A stretch of 49,213 nt of DNA from an uncultured Bacteroidaceae bacterium (GCA_964595055.1 CAZQOV010000003.1:1-49213); one strand, 5' to 3'. Positions 1-10,158 are shown, counted from the first letter of the stretch. Notes: generated by a model not told the origin, from the sequence alone. Numbers and translations: made by a program.

Positions 1-1247
1 GAGATAATCTCATCATAGGATAATCCAAGGGCTAAATCATTATCTCCTTCATAATAAACTATTGCAGAGGGGTTGTATGGCAATACGATCTGATCCATAT
101 ATTGTAATGCATCTGCACTTGTTGAACCTCCAAATCCCCGAGGAATGATATGAATACCCGCAAAATCTTCCTTCAGAGTATTCCATCTCCTAATGCTGGA
201 ACTCCCAACAAAAAGCACTCCTCCCGCTTCAGGCATATTTACTTTGTCCCTTTGCTTAAAAAGTCTTATTTCCCGGTCAAATCGGTTGGGCTCGGTTTTA
301 ATACTTCTTCGGGAGGAAAGAAAAAGGTCATGCAGAAAAATGAATTCTTCATTTATAAAGACTATGGCAGTATCTTGTTCGGGATCAAATCCGGAAAGTT
401 TAATTTTTTGAGGGATCTGAGGGTCTGTGGAAGAAGACGTAAATTCAAAATGCTTGTTATCACGGGATTTCACGGTAATCTTATCTCCCATTTTACTGCC
501 GAATACATATAAATCAATTAATTCATTATCGGTAACTACAACTCTGGAGGTTCCAATTCGAAAGGAGTTCTCTGATTCTGTCAACTCAAGAATAAAGTTG
601 GCAAATGAATTAATATAACTGTGCCCCAGAGGATGCCAGGTTAACTGGTTGTTTGAATTATCTTTCTCATTATCCACATCGTTTACGTATAGCTGGAAAC
701 AAACTCTTTGAGGATATTCGGTTTCTCCGAAAAGCTGATAATTAAATTCCAGTTCAAGATTCACTTTATTTTTACTTCCGGTAATTATTCCTCGAAGAGA
801 AGGATTACCAGCGTTTTCCAGTTGCTTTCTGAGATCTCTGATTTTGTAATGCAATTCATTATTATTCATCGCGAGGGCAACCGAATACTGTACAATGTTT
901 TCCGATCCTTGAAAATCAGTTAAAAATAATTCAATCCCATCTCCGCGCCAGGGCTTAGAATAGTTGGTAACCCGGCAATCATCTTCAATTTCTACAAATA
1001 ACAGGAGGTTATTTCTTTTCCAGGCTAATTTAAAACTCGCTTTCAAATCCTCTTTTCCAGGGAAATTTCCAAAGGGATCAGCATACAGTTGCCTGGAAGG
1101 AATATCCTTCCACTCCGCAGGGTTTCCATCCAAAGTGAAATCGTTAAGCTCTTGTATTTTAATGTAATCGGGAGTAACTGAGGTACGAGAACAGGATGGA
1201 CATAGAATAAGGGTCAAAATCAGAATAGAAACGGTAATATTCCACAT
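1..1247 (-). CDS. Putative lipoprotein: N-terminal CBM9/DOMON-like sugar-binding domain plus SGNH/GDSL hydrolase domain (runs off the left edge; absent from the ORF track)
   Basis: Manual translation from ATG at 1247 is open to the edge: MWNITVSILILTLILCPSC signal/lipobox-like start; LDGNPAEWKD..FKLAW..DGIELF..FQLYVNDVD (CBM9-like); VLFVGSSSIRRW..RGFGGS..IVYYEGDND (SGNH blocks I-III). Confidence 0.85.
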   Translation of the reverse strand, partial: MWNITVSILILTLILCPSCSRTSVTPDYIKIQELNDFTLDGNPAEWKDIPSRQLYADPFGNFPGKEDLKASFKLAWKRNNLLLFVEIEDDCRVTNYSKPWRGDGIELFLTDFQGSENIVQYSVALAMNNNELHYKIRDLRKQLENAGNPSLRGIITGSKNKVNLELEFNYQLFGETEYPQRVCFQLYVNDVDNEKDNSNNQLTWHPLGHSYINSFANFILELTESENSFRIGTSRVVVTDNELIDLYVFGSKMGDKITVKSRDNKHFEFTSSSTDPQIPQKIKLSGFDPEQDTAIVFINEEFIFLHDLFLSSRRSIKTEPNRFDREIRLFKQRDKVNMPEAGGVLFVGSSSIRRWNTLKEDFAGIHIIPRGFGGSTSADALQYMDQIVLPYNPSAIVYYEGDNDLALGLSYDEII

Positions 1248-1396
1248 AAGGGTTTATGTTTTTTTTCACTAATGGTTAAAATCCGATACTAAAATAATAA
1301 ATTTTCCATCCGTTTTTTCCAGTTGAAGCGTTTCATCAATTCACCTGGTTCCGCTTCTCTTTCGTTTGTTTCTTTTCCCGTTTTTAACATTTTCTT

Positions 1397-1404
1397 TATT
1401 TTTG
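1397..1404 (+). promoter_or_regulatory. Bacteroidota sigma-A -7 element (TAnnTTTG) just upstream of selU; near-leaderless transcript likely
   Basis: TATTTTTG ends 7 nt before ATG 1412. Confidence 0.55.
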
Positions 1405-1411
1405 TATCATT

Positions 1412-2428
1412 ATGGCCTTGAAGCTCAACATAAAAGAATTTTTAAAAGAAGCCCTAAACTCAACATTAATAGATGTACGTTCCCCTTCGGAGTTTCAGCA
1501 TGGACATATTCCGGGAGCAAAAAACCTCCCCCTTTTTTCTGACGCCGAGAGAAAAATTATAGGTACTCTGTATACAAAAAAAGGGAAAGAAATTTCCATA
1601 CAAAAGGGATTTGAGATCTTGGCAGGGAAGTATAGCCAGCTCATTGAAAAAATCCATTCCTTATCATCAGATGGGGTTTCCTATCTCTATTGCTGGAGGG
1701 GAGGAATGCGCAGTGGGGCAATGTCATGGCTTTTTGAAAGGTTGGATATAAAAACTTATTTACTGGATGATGGATATAAGTCCTATCGTCGGTTAATCAG
1801 AACCTATTTTTCATCTCCTTTACATTTAATTATTGTGGGAGGAATGACCGGTACAGGCAAAACCGAAATATTGGAAGAATTGCAATCCAGGGGGTTCCAG
1901 GTCATTAATTTAGAAAAAATTGCCGGCCACAAAGGTTCGGCATTTGGTTCCCTTGGAGAGAAACAACAACCTACAACTGAACAATTTGAAAATAACCTTT
2001 TAGTTGAGTTTTTAAAATACGATAAGGCACAGCCCATTTTTTTGGAAAATGAAAGCCAAAGCATTGGCAGAGTTTTTATTCCCCCGGAACTATACCAGCA
2101 GATGAAGGAAGCAAAGCTTTTTAATCTTGAGATACCAATTGATGAAAGAATTGACAGGCTTGTCAAGGCCTATAGTTGTTATGAGGATGCACAACTAATG
2201 GATTGCCTGCATAAGATTGAAAAAAAGATTGGAGGACAAAATTTCAAGGAAGCGGCATTTGCCTTGAAAAAAAAAGATTATCAAAAATTTGCCAGAATAG
2301 CATTACAGTACTATGATAAGTCATATCGGTTCGGATTGGAAAAAAAGCCCAGGAATAATCTTATCCCTATTCATTCGGATACCGGCAATGCGAAAATAAA
2401 TGCAGATCTCATAAAAAAGTTTCTGTAA
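1412..2428 (+). CDS. mnmH: tRNA 2-selenouridine(34) synthase SelU/MnmH
   Basis: Rhodanese domain (IDVRSPSEF..GHIPGA..YCWRGGMRS), then P-loop GGMTGTGKT, HKGSAFG and ENESQSIG motifs. Confidence 0.93.
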   Translation: MALKLNIKEFLKEALNSTLIDVRSPSEFQHGHIPGAKNLPLFSDAERKIIGTLYTKKGKEISIQKGFEILAGKYSQLIEKIHSLSSDGVSYLYCWRGGMRSGAMSWLFERLDIKTYLLDDGYKSYRRLIRTYFSSPLHLIIVGGMTGTGKTEILEELQSRGFQVINLEKIAGHKGSAFGSLGEKQQPTTEQFENNLLVEFLKYDKAQPIFLENESQSIGRVFIPPELYQQMKEAKLFNLEIPIDERIDRLVKAYSCYEDAQLMDCLHKIEKKIGGQNFKEAAFALKKKDYQKFARIALQYYDKSYRFGLEKKPRNNLIPIHSDTGNAKINADLIKKFL

Positions 2429-2537
2429 TGATTTTCCTGATAGTATTGAACTTATTCCTTTCTTTCGGGTTATTATTCAGGTAAAGAGTGCCTCTGATAA
2501 TCATTTTTTGTTCTATCCCATAGAAAAACCCCTTGAA

Positions 2538-3251
2538 ATGGAAAATACTATGCGCATTCAAACCATCGGTGGAATTACAAAAGAAGAAATTCTATTTACC
2601 TTGACCACAAATGTAATGCCCAATACTTTTGTAGTTGAGAATGATGAACCTTATCCTGGTTATCATGGTAAAAACCTTCCAGGGGGTACCAATCCTTTTT
2701 CCGTTTTTTTCATGACAAGGGAGAGACATTCTACAGAGAATGTTCTGAGGCTTAATCAAAAAATTAAAAAGTATTTTGATTATCCTTTTGATGCCGTCAC
2801 AGGAATAATCTGTCTGAATAATGAAAATCTGCCCTGCATAAGGGTTCGGGGAATGGATACCTATGATTATATCGGAGAACTTCAAAGGTGTTTTTTTTCA
2901 GAAGGTGTAAAATTTCTTAAAAAAAGGAATATTAAACAGCAGGCCGTCATAACACTAAAAAAGATTTTCGATATTGAACCGATTGATAACCGGATTTTCA
3001 AGGATCATGATGAACCTTCTACCTTTTATATTCAAATAGCAAAACAGCTTTCTTTTGAACAATTTAGAAAACTCACCATAAATGTCAGAGCAAATGTAGA
3101 TAAAGATAAAGCAAATTTCGATGCTGCTCTTGCTGCAATATATGCAAAAGATGTTATTGACGCCATAAGGATCTTTGCAAAAGATATAGATATGGATAAG
3201 CTTAAGCTAATCCTTTCTGCTTATGAGGAAGAATTAAAAAAAATGGAATAA
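2538..3251 (+). CDS. Hypothetical protein (~237 aa), no recognised domain
   Basis: Long ORF with protein-like composition filling the space between selU and the U32 gene; ATG 2538 preferred over TTG 2508. Confidence 0.75.
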   Translation: MENTMRIQTIGGITKEEILFTLTTNVMPNTFVVENDEPYPGYHGKNLPGGTNPFSVFFMTRERHSTENVLRLNQKIKKYFDYPFDAVTGIICLNNENLPCIRVRGMDTYDYIGELQRCFFSEGVKFLKKRNIKQQAVITLKKIFDIEPIDNRIFKDHDEPSTFYIQIAKQLSFEQFRKLTINVRANVDKDKANFDAALAAIYAKDVIDAIRIFAKDIDMDKLKLILSAYEEELKKME

Positions 3252-3259
3252 AATATTCA

Positions 3260-4516
3260 TTATCCCTTAAGAGGAGTATCTACCCATCGGTAAATTTTAT
3301 CAGATCTTCTTACAAGGTTATCGATAGGGATGGAGCACTTTTGTCCTTTAAGGGCCTTTTCTGCAGATTTTTTTTCCACTCTTAATTCTGTTACGGATGT
3401 TTCAATTATTCCCGTAGTGGGTCCAATGATCAAAATATCATCACCAGCATTCAATTCTCCGGCTTCTACCAGAATTTCAGCAACCCCTATCCGATCATAA
3501 TAATTGGTGCATTTTCCGGTATAAATCTTTTTCTTTGTGGCCTGAGAGCCATATACATGACTCCACTCTCCCAATCTTTGTCCCAGGTAATAGCCATCCC
3601 AGAAACCACGATTAAATACCTTACGAAGTTCTTTCTCCCAAGCCTTAATCTTTTGATCATTATATGTACCCTCAATGACAGCATTTAGGGCTTCGTTATA
3701 AGTTTCAACAACAGTCTTTACATATTCAGGAGAACGGGCACGACCTTCTATTTTCAATACCCTGACACCTGAATCGAGAATTTTATTCAAAAAATGAATT
3801 GTGCACAAGTCTTTGGGAGACATGATGTAATCATTATCCACTCCGAGCTTATTACCCCTTTCTCTGTCCTTCACTTCATAGGATCGCCGGCATACCTGAC
3901 AACAATCTCCCCGGTTAGCCGAATGATTATGCTCATGAAGACTCAGGTCACACTTGCCCGAAATAGCCATGCACAGCGCTCCATGGACAAACATTTCAAT
4001 CCCCATGCGATTACCTCCTGGTCCTCTGATGTCCTCGATTTCTATTCCTTCGTATATTTTTCTTACCTGATCAAGGGTTAATTCTCTTGCCAGGACAGCT
4101 ACATCAGCAAATCGAGAATAAAATTTTAAAGATTCTATATTGCTAATATTAAGTTGGGTAGACAAATGTACATGAACATTTTGTTGAATAGCATAAATCA
4201 TTACCGCAGGATCAGAAGCTATAATGGCATCTACCTGGTGTTTTTTCGCCAGATCAACGAGTTCTCTCAGGATTCCAAGTTCATGATCATAAATAATCGT
4301 ATTAATGGTTAAATAAGCATTAAGGTTATTCTGACGAGCGATTCTTAGGATTTCTCCCAAATTCTCCCGGGTAAAATTACTGGCAGAACGAGCCCTCATA
4401 TTTAGTTGTTCGATCCCGAAATAAACAGAATCGGCTCCACCCTGTATAGCGGCCTGGAGGGATTCAAATGAACCCACAGGAGCTAAAATTTCTATCTCTT
4501 CTCTTCTGAATTTCAT
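3260..4516 (-). CDS. Peptidase U32 family protein (TrhP-like Fe-S tRNA hydroxylation protein)
   Basis: EILAPVGS..GADSVYFG, FVHGALCMAISGKC, NRGDCCQVCR, MSPKDLC, KIEGRARS, C-terminal beta-barrel domain. Confidence 0.9.
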   Translation of the reverse strand: MKFRREEIEILAPVGSFESLQAAIQGGADSVYFGIEQLNMRARSASNFTRENLGEILRIARQNNLNAYLTINTIIYDHELGILRELVDLAKKHQVDAIIASDPAVMIYAIQQNVHVHLSTQLNISNIESLKFYSRFADVAVLARELTLDQVRKIYEGIEIEDIRGPGGNRMGIEMFVHGALCMAISGKCDLSLHEHNHSANRGDCCQVCRRSYEVKDRERGNKLGVDNDYIMSPKDLCTIHFLNKILDSGVRVLKIEGRARSPEYVKTVVETYNEALNAVIEGTYNDQKIKAWEKELRKVFNRGFWDGYYLGQRLGEWSHVYGSQATKKKIYTGKCTNYYDRIGVAEILVEAGELNAGDDILIIGPTTGIIETSVTELRVEKKSAEKALKGQKCSIPIDNLVRRSDKIYRWVDTPLKG

Positions 4517-4520
4517 GGAA

Positions 4521-4528
4521 CAAAGATA
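4521..4528 (-). promoter_or_regulatory. Bacteroidota -7 promoter element for the U32 gene
   Basis: TATCTTTG on minus strand, 4 nt before the ATG. Confidence 0.55.
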
Positions 4529-4570
4529 GCCAAAAACAGTAAGATTAAGAATTACAGAGGATCAGTCTCA

Positions 4571-5722
4571 TTACTTTCTCAGCACAATTCTGAGGGTCGT
4601 TCCTGTCTCAACTTCGGAGTTCAGGACGAATATTTTCCCTTCATGATAGGTTTCAACAATCCGTTTAGAAAGCGATAGCCCAAGTCCCCATCCCCGCTTT
4701 TTTGTAGTATATCCCGGTTTAAAAATGGTTTTATGGCGGGATTTGGGAATTCCTCTCCCGGTATCTATTACATCTATATAAACAATCTGGGTATGATCTT
4801 GCACTTTTATTTTAATCTTTCCTTTCCCCTCCATCGCATCCATTGCATTTTTGCATACATTCTCTATCACCCATTCAAAAAGGGCCACATTAAGTGGGAC
4901 ATGGATATCAGGGTCATCAATATCCAGGTCGAAAGAAATTTTATTTGAACTTCGGCTAAGCAGATAATCGATGGAAGTTTCCAGAATTTCTTTTAATCTT
5001 GTAGGTACCAATACAGGCTTAGATCCGATTTTAGAAAACCGTTCCGTAATTTTTTCCAAACGTTTCACATCATTTTCCAGCTCCCGAACGATGGATGATG
5101 CAGGCAGTTCCTGCCTGAGTAATTCTACCCAGGCATTAAGCGAAGAAGCAGGGGTTCCGAGTTGATGTGCGGTTTCTTTTGAAAGTCCTACCCATACTTT
5201 ATTTTGTTCCGCTTTTCTGGATGAACTAAACGCGAAATAAGATACCAGGATAAACAAAACGATCACACCCAGTTGAACATAGGGAAAATACTGAAGCTGT
5301 CTGAGAAATGTAGAATCCCTGTAATACAAATAATTTTTATCCCCGTCACCCAGGTCGATGACCATACTATCATTTTCAGATTTCATGATTTCAAGTTGGT
5401 CATACAGATAGTCGGGATTATTGGCAATCTTGGTTGAATCAAGGTTTCTATGGGTTATGATCCTTCCTGCGCTATCGGTTTGTATGACAGGCACGCTATT
5501 ATTATTCTGAATTACAAGGAGTTGAAAGCTAAGGTCATAATTCTCATAATCTGCGCTGATCAACTGCTGGGTTGCCTCAGCCCATAATTCTACCTTTTGT
5601 CTTTCCTCCTGGGAAAGATCTTTAACTAATTTATTTGTATAGGTAAGGGATCCAATGCCTATGACAATGGCACCAAGGAAAAGAAATAACTTCCAGCGTT
5701 GTTTTTTTTCGTAAATATTCAA
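4571..5722 (-). CDS. Membrane sensor histidine kinase (no adjacent response regulator)
   Basis: Two TM segments, H-box KETAHQLGTP, N-box ENVCKNAMDA, G1 DTGRGI, G2 GWGLGL; start set at TTG 5722 (track starts at 5752). Confidence 0.9.
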   Translation of the reverse strand: MNIYEKKQRWKLFLFLGAIVIGIGSLTYTNKLVKDLSQEERQKVELWAEATQQLISADYENYDLSFQLLVIQNNNSVPVIQTDSAGRIITHRNLDSTKIANNPDYLYDQLEIMKSENDSMVIDLGDGDKNYLYYRDSTFLRQLQYFPYVQLGVIVLFILVSYFAFSSSRKAEQNKVWVGLSKETAHQLGTPASSLNAWVELLRQELPASSIVRELENDVKRLEKITERFSKIGSKPVLVPTRLKEILETSIDYLLSRSSNKISFDLDIDDPDIHVPLNVALFEWVIENVCKNAMDAMEGKGKIKIKVQDHTQIVYIDVIDTGRGIPKSRHKTIFKPGYTTKKRGWGLGLSLSKRIVETYHEGKIFVLNSEVETGTTLRIVLRK

Positions 5723-5800
5723 ACCAATTTTTTTAAAAATTAAACAAAACACATATTATTTAGTATCAGGACTCATCTTTAAAGCAATCCGTTGCTTTGC

Positions 5801-8455
5801 TCATCCGTCATCTTCTTCCCACTCCAGCTTAAAGATTTCATCCTCTTGTTTTTTTGCGTTTCTCTCTCTCTTTCTTTTGGGTCTATTGCCCTCATTATCC
5901 GCCTCATTGACAACAGTATCGCCAGGCCATTCCAGTATAAACACGGGTTCCTCCCCGGTTGTAATTCCGGATTTTTCATCCTTTCCAAACCATCCGAACT
6001 CTTCATTTAAAATCGTCTTTAATCGGGTCTTTTCATCTTTCAAATCCTCTTTAATGGAGCTTAAAGCTTCCTGTCTATCATATTTTATCGTGTAATCATC
6101 AGCAACCCCTGAAATGGTTAGATACAGGCTTGCCCGGCGCTCATCTTCCATGATAAAAAATTCTTCATTTTTGACTTTTGCACGACCTGTAAGGATTTCG
6201 GAAAGTAAAATTTTCAATTTATAATCAAAATACCCGGTAAAATTATGGATCCCGGATAACTTTATGTTAAAGGCATTGGAGTTAATATCCATCTCCGGAA
6301 TTGTCATCTTATTATTTTTTATAAGAACAGTATTTTTTAAGGTTGAAAATCTGATATTATTCAACTCTTTTATTCCTATAAACCCGGAGAGTTTTTCTGC
6401 AGGTTTGAAATGATTTAATTCCCCTTCTCTGATAATGAGGTCGGCCTCTGTAATGATTTTTTCTTTTTTTATTTTCAGGGTGCTGTCAAAAACAGCATTA
6501 AAATCTATTTTCCCGGTAATTAATCCCTCAAGGTTATCTGACTGAAGATTATCCTGGCCAAAGTTATTGAAGTCTTTAAATAACTTACTAATTTCGATAT
6601 TGTTGAGATTATTGAGACTTTTCAGGTAATAGTCTCCCGATTCGTTCTGAACTATTGTTGCACTGCTTTCTACCTTTCCATCCATATACTGGAATGAAAG
6701 ATATGGGAAATCAAGCCTTTTTTTTCCGTAAGCGATGCTCCCCGAAACTTTCTGTCCATGAAAACTGCGGGTTATTAATTCTTCAAATGAAAAATCTATT
6801 TTCCCGGCAATACGGTCCGGAAAATACAGTGCATCTCTTTCCTGTTGATTTTTTTTGACTTCATCCGGTTGAAGAGAATTAAGATCCAGCCGCTCTCCAG
6901 ATATCTCGCCACTCATTAGTAACTCCTGGTTTTTATTGATTAAAAACTTCAGCAGATAATCTAACCTTCCCTTAAGGGTAAGCTTGTCTTCATTAGATTT
7001 AAATGTTATTTCAGGAAACCAGCTGTCACCATCCATCTGAATATTCCCATTTATATTTTTGAGGGAAGGTCTACCGGGAAGAAGCAGGTTTATTTCGGAT
7101 AGTTCCAGATTGCCAGATATTTCAGCCATCGTAAACTTTTCTGCATTAATCTCCTGAAAAGAGCCGGCTTCGATTTTTAATGCAATATTTGGATACAGTG
7201 TACCCCCCAAGTTAAGATCCTGATTTTTAATTAAAAGATCTGAAAGTTTTTGAGCATCCAGCTCTCCTTCCATACCCAGAGTAATATCCGGATGAACAAG
7301 ATTTTTAATAGAAAAATAGCCTTCAAAATCTGAATTAAAATCACGTATCCGGTATTTTTCAATATTTATTTCGGTAGTTGATGGTCTTTGGTAAATTCCA
7401 TTGGTATATTTACCTTTCATTCTGACATTTCTGATCTCCTCCCCTCTGAACTGAACCTGATTTAAATTTAACACATATACCGCCTCAATTTCGGGCACCT
7501 TTGTCGATGTGATAGGTCCTTCTACCTTAACCGCCAGATCACCCCTGCCGGCAGCCTTAAACGGTATTTTTTCGCTCCACTCCAAAGGAAAAGAGCTCAT
7601 AAGGGTGGCGATATTAATATTACGGCCACCCAGCATAAGGTCCAAAGAGGGATTTTCTCCCATATTAAGGGTACCATGGGTAGCAAGCTGCATGGTATTT
7701 AATGAAAGTTCTCCTTTTTCAATAGTTGCAAGCTCATCTGAAACCTGCATAATCAAACGCAAAGAAACCCTATAATCATTTGCATAACGGAAGCCATTTC
7801 TTGTGAAATCTTTTAAGGTAAAGCTGCTATGTGTACCGATTGAAAAATTATTCCTGGAAAACTTTCCCTTTAACAGCAAATTATCCAGTTTAGTAAATGA
7901 ATAGGTATTCTTGGATAAGTTTTTAAAGCTTAAATCAAATTCAGAAATTCTAAGTGCCTCTAATTCAAATACTTTTATTTTTTCATTTTCTCTTTGTTTT
8001 CGCAGTTCCGGCTTCAGCACTTCGGCATTGGTTTTTCCTTCAGAATCGATCAGAAAATTCGTACTACCATTTACGGCATAGATTCTTCTAATGCGGATAT
8101 TGGAACGGATCAAATCAAGAGCATTAAACTTTAGAAAAACCTTCTCTGCGGAAAACAGGCGCTCCGGATCAATATTTCTAAATTCATTTTTATTAAAATT
8201 GGAAGAAGACCAGATGGTTACTTCATGAAATACAACGGAAAGATAAGGAAAGGTTTGAAAGAAAGAAACATCAACTTCATCCACTGAGATTTTTGTTTGT
8301 ACTACCTGGTTAATTCTTTGAATACTCAGTTCCTTGATTTCTTCTTCATATTTACCCACAAGAATTATTCCTGTGGTAATAAATATGACGATTAACACAA
8401 GTGCAACCCATAAAATAAGGTTAAGGATCTTACGAACTTTATTATTATCCCTCAT
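5801..8455 (-). CDS. AsmA-like family protein (N-terminal anchor, repeated beta-groove, AsmA-like C-terminus)
   Basis: N-terminal TM followed by VSFFQTFPYLSV; beta-rich body; C-terminal IPEMDINSNAFNIKLSGIHNF..DYKLK typical of Bacteroidota AsmA-like proteins. Confidence 0.8.
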   Translation of the reverse strand: MRDNNKVRKILNLILWVALVLIVIFITTGIILVGKYEEEIKELSIQRINQVVQTKISVDEVDVSFFQTFPYLSVVFHEVTIWSSSNFNKNEFRNIDPERLFSAEKVFLKFNALDLIRSNIRIRRIYAVNGSTNFLIDSEGKTNAEVLKPELRKQRENEKIKVFELEALRISEFDLSFKNLSKNTYSFTKLDNLLLKGKFSRNNFSIGTHSSFTLKDFTRNGFRYANDYRVSLRLIMQVSDELATIEKGELSLNTMQLATHGTLNMGENPSLDLMLGGRNINIATLMSSFPLEWSEKIPFKAAGRGDLAVKVEGPITSTKVPEIEAVYVLNLNQVQFRGEEIRNVRMKGKYTNGIYQRPSTTEINIEKYRIRDFNSDFEGYFSIKNLVHPDITLGMEGELDAQKLSDLLIKNQDLNLGGTLYPNIALKIEAGSFQEINAEKFTMAEISGNLELSEINLLLPGRPSLKNINGNIQMDGDSWFPEITFKSNEDKLTLKGRLDYLLKFLINKNQELLMSGEISGERLDLNSLQPDEVKKNQQERDALYFPDRIAGKIDFSFEELITRSFHGQKVSGSIAYGKKRLDFPYLSFQYMDGKVESSATIVQNESGDYYLKSLNNLNNIEISKLFKDFNNFGQDNLQSDNLEGLITGKIDFNAVFDSTLKIKKEKIITEADLIIREGELNHFKPAEKLSGFIGIKELNNIRFSTLKNTVLIKNNKMTIPEMDINSNAFNIKLSGIHNFTGYFDYKLKILLSEILTGRAKVKNEEFFIMEDERRASLYLTISGVADDYTIKYDRQEALSSIKEDLKDEKTRLKTILNEEFGWFGKDEKSGITTGEEPVFILEWPGDTVVNEADNEGNRPKRKRERNAKKQEDEIFKLEWEEDDG

Positions 8456-8488
8456 CTGGTTACAATAACCACAAAATCTACCCTAATA

Positions 8489-9199
8489 TTATGTATTCAT
8501 CAAAAAATCGAAATCATCTTTTACACCTAATTCCACCGGTTCATTGCCCTGATAAAACAACCGGGCATTCCTGCTTCCTTCCAGCCGTAATTTGCCATTT
8601 TCAAGAATCAACATGGTCCCTTCCCGAAGCCCCACAACATAGGTGTTTTTATTGACTTCAAGAAATTCTTCAATCCTGGCTTCACGGGTTTCACCTGCAT
8701 GACCTTCAGGATTAGCATCCAGGTAATGAGGATTAATCTGAAAAGGAATCAGGTTAAAGGCATTAAAACTATCGGGTTCAACGATCGGCATATCATTTGT
8801 AGTCTTTATAGTTGGACATGCCATATTGGAACCGGCACTCCACCCAATATAGGGTTTACCGTTTCTTACTTCCTCTGCTACCGGTTCGAGTAAGCCATTA
8901 TCCTGAATCATTTTCAACAGATGCCAGGTATTCCCACCTCCCACAACAATTGCGTCGCTCTTCCGAATCAATTCAACCGGATCCTGAGTTTCATGCACGG
9001 AAATGATATTATGCCCAGCTTCTTTGAATCGTTTGCGAACCCTGACAATATAATCATCGAATGAAAGTGAAACTCCGGCATAGGGTATAAAAGCACAGTT
9101 AAGACCATCTTCTCCCAGGAACTTTTTTATATAAGGAACCGGGTATTCAAGATATTCTTCTCCGGCATTAGTAGAATTGCTTATTAACAATAATCTCAT
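8489..9199 (-). CDS. pepE: Dipeptidase E (peptidase S51)
   Basis: LLLISNST, VGGGNT, YIGWSAG, FQINPHY, GHAGETRE, GLREG. Confidence 0.95.
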   Translation of the reverse strand: MRLLLISNSTNAGEEYLEYPVPYIKKFLGEDGLNCAFIPYAGVSLSFDDYIVRVRKRFKEAGHNIISVHETQDPVELIRKSDAIVVGGGNTWHLLKMIQDNGLLEPVAEEVRNGKPYIGWSAGSNMACPTIKTTNDMPIVEPDSFNAFNLIPFQINPHYLDANPEGHAGETREARIEEFLEVNKNTYVVGLREGTMLILENGKLRLEGSRNARLFYQGNEPVELGVKDDFDFLMNT

Positions 9200-9314
9200 A
9201 ATTAAATCTTTTTTCTGTTACAAAATTAATATTCCTTCACATGGCATATTACAAAATGACAAAAAACAATATAACGCGAGTAAAACAAAGGATCAATCTG
9301 AGATGAAAAAACCA

Positions 9315-10076
9315 TTAATAGCTTCGTTTCAATTCCTTTATTTCTCTGTTTTGTTCAACCAGTGGAAATTCAATTCGTTCGGTTTTGTTCGATAAAAAAT
9401 CAAAAAGAAGGACTTTGCCACACAGTACTTCACCCACTCCCGTAAGGATTTTTATCGCCTCATTCGCCTGGAAGGATCCGATAATGCCGGGCACCACCCC
9501 AAAAAGCCCGGAAGTTGAAGGGTCTGTGATATTATGTTTATCCCGGATGTTATGATATAGGCAATGCAGCGTATGGCCCTGATCATAATTAAAAACCGAC
9601 ACTTGCCCTTCAAATTTGTATACAGCCCCAAAAATCCAGGGTTTATTCAGAATCAGACAGGCATCATTAATTAAGTACCGTGTTGAAAAGTTATCTGTGG
9701 CATCAACTACCAGATCAAAGTTTTCAAGGATCTTAAGAGCATTTGAAACGGTGAGTCGTATATTCATAAGTTCAAATTCAACCAGGGGATTAAGCAACTT
9801 AAGTTTATCTCTGGCAATAATGGTTTTTAATTTTCCCAGATCATGTCCCCCATAAAGAATTTGACGATGAAGATTATCTTCATTCACTACATCATCATCC
9901 ATAATTCCAATCTTACCGACTCCCGCAGCACTTAGGTATTGCAACACCGGGGCTCCAAGTCCTCCTGCTCCGACAACCAGAACTTTCGCATTTTTCAGTT
10001 TTTCCTGTCCCTCTTCACCAATATATTCCAACATAATATGTCGGTTATATCTTCTTTTTTCAGCACTGGTCAGCAT
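9315..10076 (-). CDS. HesA/MoeB/ThiF family sulfur-carrier adenylyltransferase
   Basis: RYNRHI..GQEKL, VLVVGAGGLG, NLHRQ, DATDNF..RYLIND, QANEAIK. Confidence 0.9.
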   Translation of the reverse strand: MLTSAEKRRYNRHIMLEYIGEEGQEKLKNAKVLVVGAGGLGAPVLQYLSAAGVGKIGIMDDDVVNEDNLHRQILYGGHDLGKLKTIIARDKLKLLNPLVEFELMNIRLTVSNALKILENFDLVVDATDNFSTRYLINDACLILNKPWIFGAVYKFEGQVSVFNYDQGHTLHCLYHNIRDKHNITDPSTSGLFGVVPGIIGSFQANEAIKILTGVGEVLCGKVLLFDFLSNKTERIEFPLVEQNREIKELKRSY

Positions 10077-10158
10077 AGTAGTAGTATCTGTTATTTATAA
10101 ACACAAATATATGGAATGGAGATGGATTGAAATATTGTTTTCAAAATAAGTTATCTAC

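Noticed and set aside
670-678. Canonical DnaA box TTATCCACA (another at 21482-21490)
   Set aside because: Isolated single copies inside coding sequence with no clustering
150-1167. Short plus-strand ORFs of the track (and similar antisense ORFs across the window)
   Set aside because: They are shadows of well-supported genes on the opposite strand and lack protein-like motifs
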